DNA of 64,000 bases from Ignavibacteriota bacterium (lineage in GTDB: Bacteria; Bacteroidota; Ignavibacteria; UBA10030). A model generated the notes under the pieces. That model was not told the origin of the DNA. It ran no database searches and saw only the letters and a program-made list of their open reading frames with translations. The position numbers and the translations under genes are program-made. The stretch lies in assembly GCA_963727825.1 (NCBI GenBank), contig CAVSHO010000009.1:384001-448000 (forward strand), written 5' to 3'. Positions 40,259 through 49,910 of the stretch are shown one piece after another (positions within the stretch are counted from its first letter, which is position 1; each line of letters begins with the position of its first letter).

Positions 40259-41890
40259 TCAAGGTGTTTTAAAGTTCCAGCGTGAATTGTCGCTCTTGGG
40301 ATCGAACTTGGCAAGCGTTGGTGTACTGCCACCAACTGCTGTAAGAACCAAGGGTTCCTTGGAACCGGGCACGACCTTAGGCATGATGCGGTACGTGCCA
40401 TCCGTCAACTGGTCAATTCGCCAGAGTTGTTCGGGAGCGCCGGTAAAGGTGGGAACTGCCACAACTTCGGCGTCCGCTGTAGCTGCCAGCGCACGATTCG
40501 TTCCTGCAATGGTGATCTTAAAATAAGGTGAACCTGGATAACCACCGACACTGTCAACTGGAGTTATTGTCCACTTTTGATGGGGACGCATCATAAAGTC
40601 TCCTATGCGAATCTCGATATTTCCTGTGGGCCAGTTTTTAGACGCTTCGGAGAGATCCTGAATTGGAATCGAAGTCACAGGGCCTGCAGGTGCACGGTTG
40701 CCAAAACCGGGTGGCATTCCAGGCCCGCCTGGTCCACCAGCGCTTGGCGGATTGGTTCCGGGTGCATTTGCTGCAGGTGGATTGGTTGCTGGCGTGCCGG
40801 GAGTAACTGGAGCTGCAGGAGGAGGTCCGCCAAAGCCTCGTCCAATGCGGGGCATGCGTACAAAATCCACGGCCAACTCTAATGCAAAGCCGCTGCGTTC
40901 AGACTGGATCTCATAGGTACCCTGCCTAAAGTTATCTCCTCCAACGGGCCAACCATTTTTCCAGAGCAGTGGGCGAATATCCAGCACGCTGTACCCACTG
41001 CGATCAAGATCGGCTTCATAATGACAAGAAAATTTCTCTACTCCATCACCTAAATCCATGTGACCAAAATGGCCCAGACCGACGAAACGACCGCTGGCAG
41101 TCGCAACCGACTTACCGCCTCCTTTGAGCATATCTATACCCACGTTGTCAACATAGGGACCTGTCACTTTCCTGGAGCGGCCAGTGACGATATTATAGGT
41201 GGAGTTAGCGCCATCGCAGCATGTGCCATGAGTGCCAAGCAGGTAGTACCAACCATCGTGGTACATTAAGTCGGTGGCTTCGCAATCAATGGCGATGTCC
41301 AACGCTTTGTTGCCGGGAATGCGAAAACCAGTTTTTGGATCAAGTTCGATAAGCCGGATATTGCCGAAGTATGTCCCGTAGGAGAGCCACAGGCGGCCAT
41401 CAGCGGGATCAAGGAGGAATGCCGGATCAATAGCATCGCAGTCCTCAATACCATCAGAGGAGGCAACCACGGTATCGTCTTTAAATCCGAAGTCGGGGGA
41501 TTTTGGGTCGAGCGTCTTGGCCCACATGACGTGGACATTGCTGGCGTGTCCGCCTGACATGCCTCCTCCTCCCCTGGCATAGGACATATAGTAGCGATCC
41601 CCGATGTGAATAACATCGGGAGCAACTCCGCCGCCAGGACGTACAGCACCGCTGTTCCAAGTCCAGCCATCGTCGGAGATCAAACCTCCGCCGCCTGTAC
41701 CATATGTGTAGTATTTGCCGTCGCACAGCGTGACGGTCGAAGGATCGTGGATATAAGGTTTGCCGTTCAGAGCCTGAGCCTGACAAGATAGCCAGAAAGA
41801 GAGCAGTGTGAGAACGGTTGCTGCTAAAATACGAAATTTCATAAAACCTCCAAGAGCAAAACGATTGAGATTAAAATTTTTATGATTCAT
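40259..41890 (-). CDS. GH43 (arabinanase-like) with a ricin/CBM13-like C-terminal domain
   Basis: IHDPS, APDV, AIDP, SYG.YFG, CEA; HQKW, EQLW, SRW ricin-type repeats; likely start MKFRIL. Confidence 0.88.
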   Translation of the reverse strand: MNHKNFNLNRFALGGFMKFRILAATVLTLLSFWLSCQAQALNGKPYIHDPSTVTLCDGKYYTYGTGGGGLISDDGWTWNSGAVRPGGGVAPDVIHIGDRYYMSYARGGGGMSGGHASNVHVMWAKTLDPKSPDFGFKDDTVVASSDGIEDCDAIDPAFLLDPADGRLWLSYGTYFGNIRLIELDPKTGFRIPGNKALDIAIDCEATDLMYHDGWYYLLGTHGTCCDGANSTYNIVTGRSRKVTGPYVDNVGIDMLKGGGKSVATASGRFVGLGHFGHMDLGDGVEKFSCHYEADLDRSGYSVLDIRPLLWKNGWPVGGDNFRQGTYEIQSERSGFALELAVDFVRMPRIGRGFGGPPPAAPVTPGTPATNPPAANAPGTNPPSAGGPGGPGMPPGFGNRAPAGPVTSIPIQDLSEASKNWPTGNIEIRIGDFMMRPHQKWTITPVDSVGGYPGSPYFKITIAGTNRALAATADAEVVAVPTFTGAPEQLWRIDQLTDGTYRIMPKVVPGSKEPLVLTAVGGSTPTLAKFDPKSDNSRWNFKTP

Positions 41891-42603
41891 TATTTTCCGG
41901 CGCTTTCAAGGTTCAGGGTGATATCCTTGATCGGTGCACCATCTTCATCGATGAAACGAACACAGAAATCACTTAAGCCGGGGCCGTTGATAACGGCGCC
42001 GCGAATGACATTCCTGCCCTTGTTCAGTGTGAGGCGTTTGGAGACGCAGTCATCCATCACCATGCGACGATCACCGGAGAGGATGACGGCTTCCTTGCCG
42101 TTGAGCCACCACATGGATGCAGAATTGGAACCGACGGCCATGCGAACGTTTTTCATTTCTCTCGGACTGTTAACAACGGTAACGGCCCAGAACAGGACGC
42201 CATACGTTTGCTTGTTCAGTCCGTAGGCGAAGCGAAAGAGCTTGACATTGAATTTGGTGGATTCCACAGCATGCCATACGAGTTTCTTGCTGGCAACCGT
42301 CACTTTATCGCCGTTGTGAGGAACTCCAGTGAATTGGCTGGGAAAATACAACGTATCGAAGGCATTCCGGATGTAGCTATCGACAAATACGGTGTTGGTC
42401 CGGTTTGGTTTATTAATCGGCTCGAGTAGCAGCCAGCGCTGGAGAAAGCCATCTGCATCCGGCGCCTTTGGGGATGATGTAGCCGGTATGAAGTAAGGTG
42501 CGATGCTGCGAGTTGTATCGCCGGGTGCGGCTGTGCAGACTTGAAGGGCCAAAAGAACCAGGACACCAAATAGTAGTATCGCGATGATTCGGAACATGTT
42601 CAT
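41890..42603 (-). CDS. Secreted beta-sandwich protein of unknown function
   Basis: Signal peptide; RWLLLEP, GSNSASMWWLNG, LTLNKGRN, FCVRF; translationally coupled to the GH43. Confidence 0.8.
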   Translation of the reverse strand: MNMFRIIAILLFGVLVLLALQVCTAAPGDTTRSIAPYFIPATSSPKAPDADGFLQRWLLLEPINKPNRTNTVFVDSYIRNAFDTLYFPSQFTGVPHNGDKVTVASKKLVWHAVESTKFNVKLFRFAYGLNKQTYGVLFWAVTVVNSPREMKNVRMAVGSNSASMWWLNGKEAVILSGDRRMVMDDCVSKRLTLNKGRNVIRGAVINGPGLSDFCVRFIDEDGAPIKDITLNLESAGK

Positions 42604-43082
42604 AATAGATCCTTTGTAATATTTTTGATTCTTGCAGGCAAAGCGTGAACTAATCTCACTTTGTGGAGTAAAGTGTACGCAATTCGTTCCGTATTTTCAA
42701 GTAACTTTATTGACCGGGTGTTTGTTGCTGCTGGAGTATAGGACCAGTCGGGTTCTACAGTAGCCTCGAGTGTATCAGTTTTAGTTACCATGGATTCTGT
42801 CCAACCTCTTGTATGTTATCTTCGGTTCGGGAGAGTTTGATGCGGTTCTGTATTAACAAGTTTTAAAAGGGAATAAAAGATATATTGTGAAAGAAAGAGG
42901 GCAACAGCAATTTTTTGTTTAACTCACAAAATAACATTGGTTGCGATAAATGGACTATCTGGCAATACTTGCTTTAATTTTATTTTCTGCCGAACTTAAT
43001 AAATGAAGAATTTACTTTTTAAATGGAACCATTTTTATGGAGAACATTTTTTAAGCAGACTTTTAATAGAAGGAATATACAG

Positions 43083-43445
43083 ATGTTTAGCAAATGCGTA
43101 ATACCTGGGCTATGTTCGACAGTATCTGTAACGTTCGCACAATAAGTCGATCGGGTTAAACTTGGGCGCCTGCAGACCGGTGAAATGCATCCGTTTGTTT
43201 ATAATTCCCGAACGAAACATGAACTTTTGATGGATATGCTCGATGGCGCAGAAGCCACAGACTCTAATGGTGTGGCGTGGAGATTCGGTGTCGAGTCTGC
43301 AGCGGTTGCCGGTCAGTCTGATGCACAGGATTACCGTTTGACATGGACAATGACAAAGGGGCAAATCGATTCCACGTCGGTCGGTGTTACTTTCAAGTTC
43401 AAAGATTGGTCGCCGGAAAACTTCGCGTTTGTTCCGGCAGGGTGA
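43083..43445 (+). pseudogene. Relic third copy of the 29665/32088 paralog N-terminus
   Basis: MFSKCVIPGLCSTVSVTFAQ*VDRVKLGRLQTG (TAA at 43143) in frame with ORF 43185-43445; same GAATATA..ATG leader. Confidence 0.8.
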
Positions 43446-43492
43446 TTTGTGGATTATGACTATTTCCGGGTTGACAATAAAATTGGTGACCA

Positions 43493-46274
43493 ATGAAAGC
43501 CCACACAATGAAAAGACCATGCAGCAAACATGAAATTATATTCTGCATCATTCCAGCGATCTTGTTATTCTTCGGTTTTGAAACAGGTGCGCTGCTTGCG
43601 GATGCTCCAAAACCAGACCGGATAGAACTTGCAGAAAATTGGAAACTTGCCTCCTCGAAGGAAGTGCAATCCGAAGGTGCATTGATTTCGGTTACCGCCT
43701 ATAAAGATGATCGTTGGTATCCGATTCACCGGATGCCGGCAACGGTTCTTGAAATACTTCAGGAAGATGGTGTTTATCCCGACCTGTATGTTCGGGAAAA
43801 ATTTAATGGAAAAAGTTCCACAGGATTTATACAAGCAGGATTGGTGGTATCGGACTACATTTAACGCACCTGTGAGTGGTTTTTATACCCTCGAATTCCC
43901 CGGGATAAATTATAGGGCTGAAATATGGCTTAATGGCAATAAAATTGCCGACAACAAAGAAGCGGCCGGGATGTATGTAGCTCACGAATTTAATGTTACT
44001 CAATGGATCAAAAAAGGGATTAAGAACGTTCTTGCCGTCAGGGTAACACCCGAGCAGAAGATACAGAATGTAAACGGTGTGGAATTGGCAGATAGCTGGT
44101 TCGACTGGATTAATTGGAAATACCTGGGATACAATGCCCGACCGGATGATAAGGGTTATGGTTCCATCACGTCGTTCGTTCCAGACCGTAATGCAGGCAT
44201 TTGGAAACCTGTTTATTTAAGGCTGACGGGTGCTGTCTCTCTGAACCATTCTCTGGTAAATTCGGAATTGTCGCTTTCCGATTCCGTTGCCCGGCTTACT
44301 CTTTTTACAAGTTTGCACAATCTTTCCGAAAAACCCGTAAGCGGTATATTAAAAGGAATAATTTCTCGGACAGGAAAAACATCAATTCATGTAGAGCAAT
44401 CAATTAATCTCACGCCGAACGAAGAGCGAGAGGTTGTTTTCGTTCCTGATAATTATCAAGAATTAGTCGTAAAAAAACCGGATTTATGGTGGCCCTATAC
44501 CATGGGCGCTCCCAACCTCTATAACCTACATTTTGAGTTTGTGCAGGATAATATTGTTACAGATAGTTTTCATATTCGTTTCGGTATCCGAAGTATTACG
44601 CAACATCGCGATAATAATGAAAAGTTTCCCCAGATGGAGGGGGGCAATTTTTATTTGAAAGTTAATGGTCGTGATTTTCTGGTGCGTGGGGGCGACTATA
44701 CGCCGGATCTTCTCTATCGTTATGACCCGGAGCGTGAGGCGGACATATTGCGCTATGTAAAAGACCTTGGCATTAATTTTCTCCGGTGGGAATCGAAAAT
44801 ATCCAGTGAACACATTATTGATTTGGCCGATGAGCAGGGCATTCCACTTATGTTCGGGTGGATGTGCTGCAATCAATGGGAGAAATGGGACCAATGGGAC
44901 GGGGAATGCCATTGTGTGGCATCGCAGAGCCTCCGCTCGCAAATTCAGATGCTCCGGCACCATGCCTCAGTATTTATATGGTCAAATGCTAGCGATGGAA
45001 TGCCACCTGAAAAAATTATCAAAGAATATAATAAAACCCTATCCGAACTACATTGGCAAAACGCTTCGGTGAATACGGTTTCTGCCTTTGCAAAAGACTC
45101 AAGTGGGAACCGTTTATGGGACGGCATCCGCATGGAAGGCCCATACTGCTGGCGACCACCGAGTTACTGGTTCAGCGGGAAATATCCTGCAACCTGTGGC
45201 TCAACAGTTGAGCAAGGCGACAATGAACAAATTCCAACTTTGGAGAGCCTCAGGAAATTCATCCCGGAAGATAAACTCTGGCCAATCAATGATACGTGGT
45301 ATATGCATGCCGGGGCATGGCCAAATAATTGTTCACTCGGTGATATTCAACTCGCTTTAGAAAAACGCTACGGGCATTCGTCAAACATCGAGGACTTTGT
45401 ACGCAAAGCCCAGCTTGCCCATTACGAAAACGCCCGCGCGCAATTCGAGAGTTTTGCCGCCTGTGGATGGGCTTCGCATAAAATGACTGTTTACTGGATG
45501 CTAAACAGCCACTGGCCTTCATTCTACGGCAACCTCATCGATTATTACATGAGTCCTGGTGGTGTGTACTATGGGGCAAAAAAGGGGTTGCGGCCGCTCT
45601 CTGTCGTTTTCGATTCTTACTCTACAGGCGACAACAGTCAGGCTAAAATCATTGTTTTCAACCAGACTCCCAGCGATGTTCACGGATTACGTATTCGGAT
45701 ACGTGTATATGACCTCGACGGTAAGGTGCGTGACGACCGCTCTGCAAACGACATCTCGGTATCTTTCAATGGCATAGACCAGGTAATGTTGCTGCCGAAA
45801 TATCCCGAGAGTACACCGGTGTTTTTTGTGCGCTGTCAGTTATTTGATAAGAGTGATAAACTCCTGGTGGACAACACATATTGGAAATCACAGAAAGATG
45901 ATGATGTAGGGCCTCAAAAAAATGATTATTATACTTCTTTGCAACAGGAGAAATGGTCTGATATGACTGCATTAAATTCCATGCCTCCTGCGAATATCGA
46001 AGTAGAGGCACAGCAAGAAAAGAATGGGACAGAGAATCACATCACAATTCGTTTACACAATTCTACTGGACATATCGCATTTTTCGAGCGGGCTGCTATC
46101 TCCGTTGAATGCGACGGCAACGAAATCCTTCCAATCGAATATGATGACAATTACATTACCATATTTCCTGGTGAAACTGCCGAGATTCATGGAATCGTCC
46201 GGAATGCTGCCGAAGCTCATTGGGTTAAACTCGAGGGATACAATACGTCTACCATTTCAGTGCCTATTAAATAA
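43493..46274 (+). pseudogene. GH2 exo-beta-glucosaminidase (CsxA)/mannosidase-like enzyme split by a +1 nt near 43791
   Basis: MPATVL..L, GINYRAEIWLNG, LWWP, FGIR, GWMCCNQWE, WSNASD, YWMLN; removing one base gives DLY(F/V)GKNL. Confidence 0.87.
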
Positions 46275-46482
46275 AGGGAAATTCTTATTTCAATAATCTC
46301 ATAACAGCTATGAAACTGATTAAGTCACATGAAACAACCTAGTCTAGGAAAATCTGAAATAATTATAAAAAAGAAACAAACATGTTTGACGATAACCACA
46401 AACACCAATAAACACGTACAATTAAATTCTATCTGGCAGTTAGGTTGCTAAATGGTTTAACGTACAACGAAAAGGTAATCAA

Positions 46483-48402
46483 ATGAAAAAACAACTATTA
46501 ATTACAGCGCTTCTTTCCTTTCAAATATTATCTGCATTTTCGCAGAAAGCAACAGTAGTGTCGCCGAATCAAAAAATAAACGTTGCCCTCTATAACCGGC
46601 AAAATACAGATGTTGGTGATTGGTATTTAAAGGTAACTTATGTTAACAACGTCAAGAGTTGTGAAGCTATTCCACAAATCAGTCTGGGCCTGATGCGCAG
46701 CGATCAGGACTTCTCGAAAGAGCTTAAATTCTTACGACAAGGCAAACCTATTCTTGTTAATGAAAGTTACACTTCCTTGCATGGGAAAAAGGCCAAATGC
46801 ATTAATACTGCATACGAGATGGTCTTTTCGTTCGAAAATTCAAGTAAGGCCAAACTGAACTTGATCGTAAGGGCTTATAACGACGGTGTGGCTTTCAGAT
46901 ACGAATTTCCGGACAAGGAAGGTTCTTTTGTAGTTAAAGATGAACTTACATCATACACAATTCCAACTAATACAAAACGATGGATGGATAAATTCGACCT
47001 TGCCAGTGAAGTATTGTACAATTATATAAAAAGCGATAGCCTTCAGCAAAGCTGGGGCTATCCGGCACTTTTTAATTCATCGGATACAACATGCTGGTTT
47101 CTCATTCATGAGGCGGACGTGAATCGAAGCTATTGCGCTTCGCGTCTTAGTAATACAATTGAAAAATCTTCGTACAAAATTACTTTTCCTGAATTCTGGG
47201 AAGGAGATGGTGAATCGCAGCCTTCCATATCACTTCCGTGGAAATCGCCATGGAGGGTTATTATTATTGGCAGTCTGGCCGATATAGTTGAATCGACCTT
47301 GGTTGATGATGTTTCTACTCCCTCTGTGCTAGATAATACCGATTGGATTAAGCCTGGCATTGCTTCCTGGAATTATTGGTCCAACAATCATGGTACAAAA
47401 GATTACAAGGTTGTGTGTGAATTTGCAGATTTGGCTGCCGAAATGAATTGGCCCTACACGCTACTCGACTGGGAATGGGATCAAATGGGGAATGGCGGCA
47501 ACCTTGAAGATGCATTGAAATATATTCAGTCAAAAGGGATAAAACCTTTAATGTGGTATAATGCTGGAGTATCTAAATGGGTACCAAATACACCCCGCGA
47601 TCGGATGCTTACTCATGAAAGCAGAGTTGAAGAGTTTTCGAAACTTAAAAAGCTTGGAGTTGCTGGAGTAAAAATTGATTTTTTCTTAACAGAGAAGCAA
47701 GAAATGATAAAGTATTATCACGATATTTTAGATGATGCAGCACAGTATCAAATAATGGTCTATTTTCATGGGTGCATCGTTCCGCGAGGATGGTCACGTA
47801 CCTATCCACACCTTATGACGCAAGAAGGAATTCGTGGTGCTGAGTGGTACAACAATGGCCCCGAATTTACAACTACTGCACCAGAACACAATACCATAGT
47901 TCCATTTACCAGGAATGTAGTTGGCCCAATGGATTATACACCCGTGACTTTTACCAATTCGCAGTACCCACATATCACATCGTATGGGCATGAGCTGGCG
48001 TTAAGTGTGGTGTTCGAGTCTGGCCTTCAGCACATGGCCGATCGTCCAGAAGGATATTTACTACTGCCCGACGCCGCCAAATCGTTTCTTAAGGAAGTAC
48101 CGAATGCATGGGATAATACTAAGTTCCTTAGTGGTTACCCTGGAAAGGACATTATTATTGCCCGTCAGAAAGGCAATGCATGGTACATTGGCGGTATTAG
48201 TTCTGAGATAATAGAGAAAACAAAAAATCTTGTATTCAACTTTTTACTTGAAGGTGTAAAATATAAGCTTACTTTGATCGCTGATGGCAAACACGATAAA
48301 GATTTTGCAACAAATTATATGGTTGTAGATAAATCATCGATGGTTGAGGTCAAAATGCTTCGTCGGGGTGGTTTTGTTGCAAGTCTGAAACCTATTGAAT
48401 AG
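46483..48402 (+). CDS. GH97 glycoside hydrolase (retaining-type motifs)
   Basis: RAYNDGVAFRY, WIKPG, LLDWEW, GVKIDF, EGIRGAE, GPMDYTP, H.AD. Confidence 0.92.
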   Translation: MKKQLLITALLSFQILSAFSQKATVVSPNQKINVALYNRQNTDVGDWYLKVTYVNNVKSCEAIPQISLGLMRSDQDFSKELKFLRQGKPILVNESYTSLHGKKAKCINTAYEMVFSFENSSKAKLNLIVRAYNDGVAFRYEFPDKEGSFVVKDELTSYTIPTNTKRWMDKFDLASEVLYNYIKSDSLQQSWGYPALFNSSDTTCWFLIHEADVNRSYCASRLSNTIEKSSYKITFPEFWEGDGESQPSISLPWKSPWRVIIIGSLADIVESTLVDDVSTPSVLDNTDWIKPGIASWNYWSNNHGTKDYKVVCEFADLAAEMNWPYTLLDWEWDQMGNGGNLEDALKYIQSKGIKPLMWYNAGVSKWVPNTPRDRMLTHESRVEEFSKLKKLGVAGVKIDFFLTEKQEMIKYYHDILDDAAQYQIMVYFHGCIVPRGWSRTYPHLMTQEGIRGAEWYNNGPEFTTTAPEHNTIVPFTRNVVGPMDYTPVTFTNSQYPHITSYGHELALSVVFESGLQHMADRPEGYLLLPDAAKSFLKEVPNAWDNTKFLSGYPGKDIIIARQKGNAWYIGGISSEIIEKTKNLVFNFLLEGVKYKLTLIADGKHDKDFATNYMVVDKSSMVEVKMLRRGGFVASLKPIE

Positions 48403-48461
48403 GCTATTAAAGAATTAATGAATTTAGTTTAACAAGCTTTATACACATAACAGGTCTTTTT

Positions 48462-49889
48462 ATGAATAAATTAATAAAAATATTTATAGTAATTTTAGGA
48501 ATTACTTTTTTGCATTTCAGCGGCAAAGCACAAAATCCTATTATCCAAACAAAATATACAGCCGACCCTGCACCAATGGTGTATCATGATACGGTATTCC
48601 TTTATACCAGCCATGATGAGGATGATGCATTTGGTTTTAAAATGCAGAATTGGTTGCTGTACACATCCACCGATATGGTCAACTGGACCGACCATGGAAT
48701 AATCGGAGGAGTAAAAGAACCTTATAGGACATTCACCTGGGCTGATGGCCATGATGCATGGGCTCCCCAGTGCATTGCCAGAAACGGAAGGTTTTATTTA
48801 TATTGTCCTACGATCTACCTTGGGAAGATGGCAATTGGAGTTGCTGTATCAACCAGCCCTTATGGTCCGTTTACCGATGCACTCGGTAAACCGTTAATCT
48901 TTCGGAATAATCCGGGCGACTACGATCCTACAGTATTCATCGATGATGATGCCCGCCTGCCGGACGGGCAGGGGCAGGCTTTTTTGTATTGGGGTGGTAA
49001 TGGTCCCTGCTATTACGTGAAGTTGAATGAAGACATGATCTCTACTTCGGGAGATATCCAGATTGCATCTATCGACTTTTCCGGAACTCCACCCGAAGCA
49101 TCATATACTGAAGGCCCATGGTTATGGAAAAAGAAAAACCATTACTACCTGGCCTGGGCGTCGCGCTGTTGCCCAGAAGGTATCGGGTATGCTATGAGCG
49201 ACAGTCCTACCGGCCCATGGAAGTGTAAAGGTACTATCATGGATCCGGATGAGAGGTCTTCAGGAAACCATCCAGGAATTATCGACTACAAAGGGAACTC
49301 TTACGTTTTCGGATTTAATTATGCCATTCTGAAACAAACAATGTCAAAACATTATGAACGACGTTCGATATGTGTTGAAAAAATGAACTATAATGCCGAT
49401 GGCTCAATTCAGAAAGTTCCATGGTGGTCAACAACGGGGACTCCTCAAATTGGTGTTTTAAACCCATACATAAAAAACGAAGCCGAAACCATGGCTTTCA
49501 GCGAAGGGGTGAAGACTGAATTTGCTACTGAATGGGAACGCAACATCCCATGGGATCTGGGGAAAAAAATCGCTGACAGGTTATTTGTGACCGCTATTCA
49601 CAACGGCGATTATATTAAGGTGGAGGGCGTTGACTTTTCAGAAGGGCCGACTTCGGTCGATGTGAGTGTAGCTTCTTTAAGTGGTGGAAAAATCGAAATT
49701 CATACCGACAAAATTGATGGACCTATAATGGGAACAGTCAACGTAAATACTTCAGGAGAAGGAGACATTTGGAAAACGATTAGTACCCCGGTGAGTAATA
49801 TCAAAGGAGTTCACGATTTGTTCTTTGTATTTAGGGGAGAAAAAGATTTGTTTAATTTCGACTGGTGGATGTTTAAAAAACAACAATGA
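48462..49889 (+). CDS. GH43 xylosidase/arabinofuranosidase with a C-terminal CBM6-like domain
   Basis: TADPAP, AWAP, YDPTVF, EGP, GNHP; EAET...GVHDLFFVF. Confidence 0.92.
   Translation: MNKLIKIFIVILGITFLHFSGKAQNPIIQTKYTADPAPMVYHDTVFLYTSHDEDDAFGFKMQNWLLYTSTDMVNWTDHGIIGGVKEPYRTFTWADGHDAWAPQCIARNGRFYLYCPTIYLGKMAIGVAVSTSPYGPFTDALGKPLIFRNNPGDYDPTVFIDDDARLPDGQGQAFLYWGGNGPCYYVKLNEDMISTSGDIQIASIDFSGTPPEASYTEGPWLWKKKNHYYLAWASRCCPEGIGYAMSDSPTGPWKCKGTIMDPDERSSGNHPGIIDYKGNSYVFGFNYAILKQTMSKHYERRSICVEKMNYNADGSIQKVPWWSTTGTPQIGVLNPYIKNEAETMAFSEGVKTEFATEWERNIPWDLGKKIADRLFVTAIHNGDYIKVEGVDFSEGPTSVDVSVASLSGGKIEIHTDKIDGPIMGTVNVNTSGEGDIWKTISTPVSNIKGVHDLFFVFRGEKDLFNFDWWMFKKQQ
48951..48971 (+). repeat. In-frame 21-nt palindromic insertion (ARLPDGQ)
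   Basis: GCCCGCCTGCCGGACGGGCAG interrupts the conserved FIDDD-GQA.LYWG segment; GGGCAG duplicated. Confidence 0.85.
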
Positions 49890-49910
49890 TAAAATAGAAA
49901 TGAAATAATT

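Noticed and set aside
42600-42791. 63 aa ORF upstream of the beta-sandwich gene
   Set aside because: No recognisable motif or clear RBS; may be a fragment, cannot be supported
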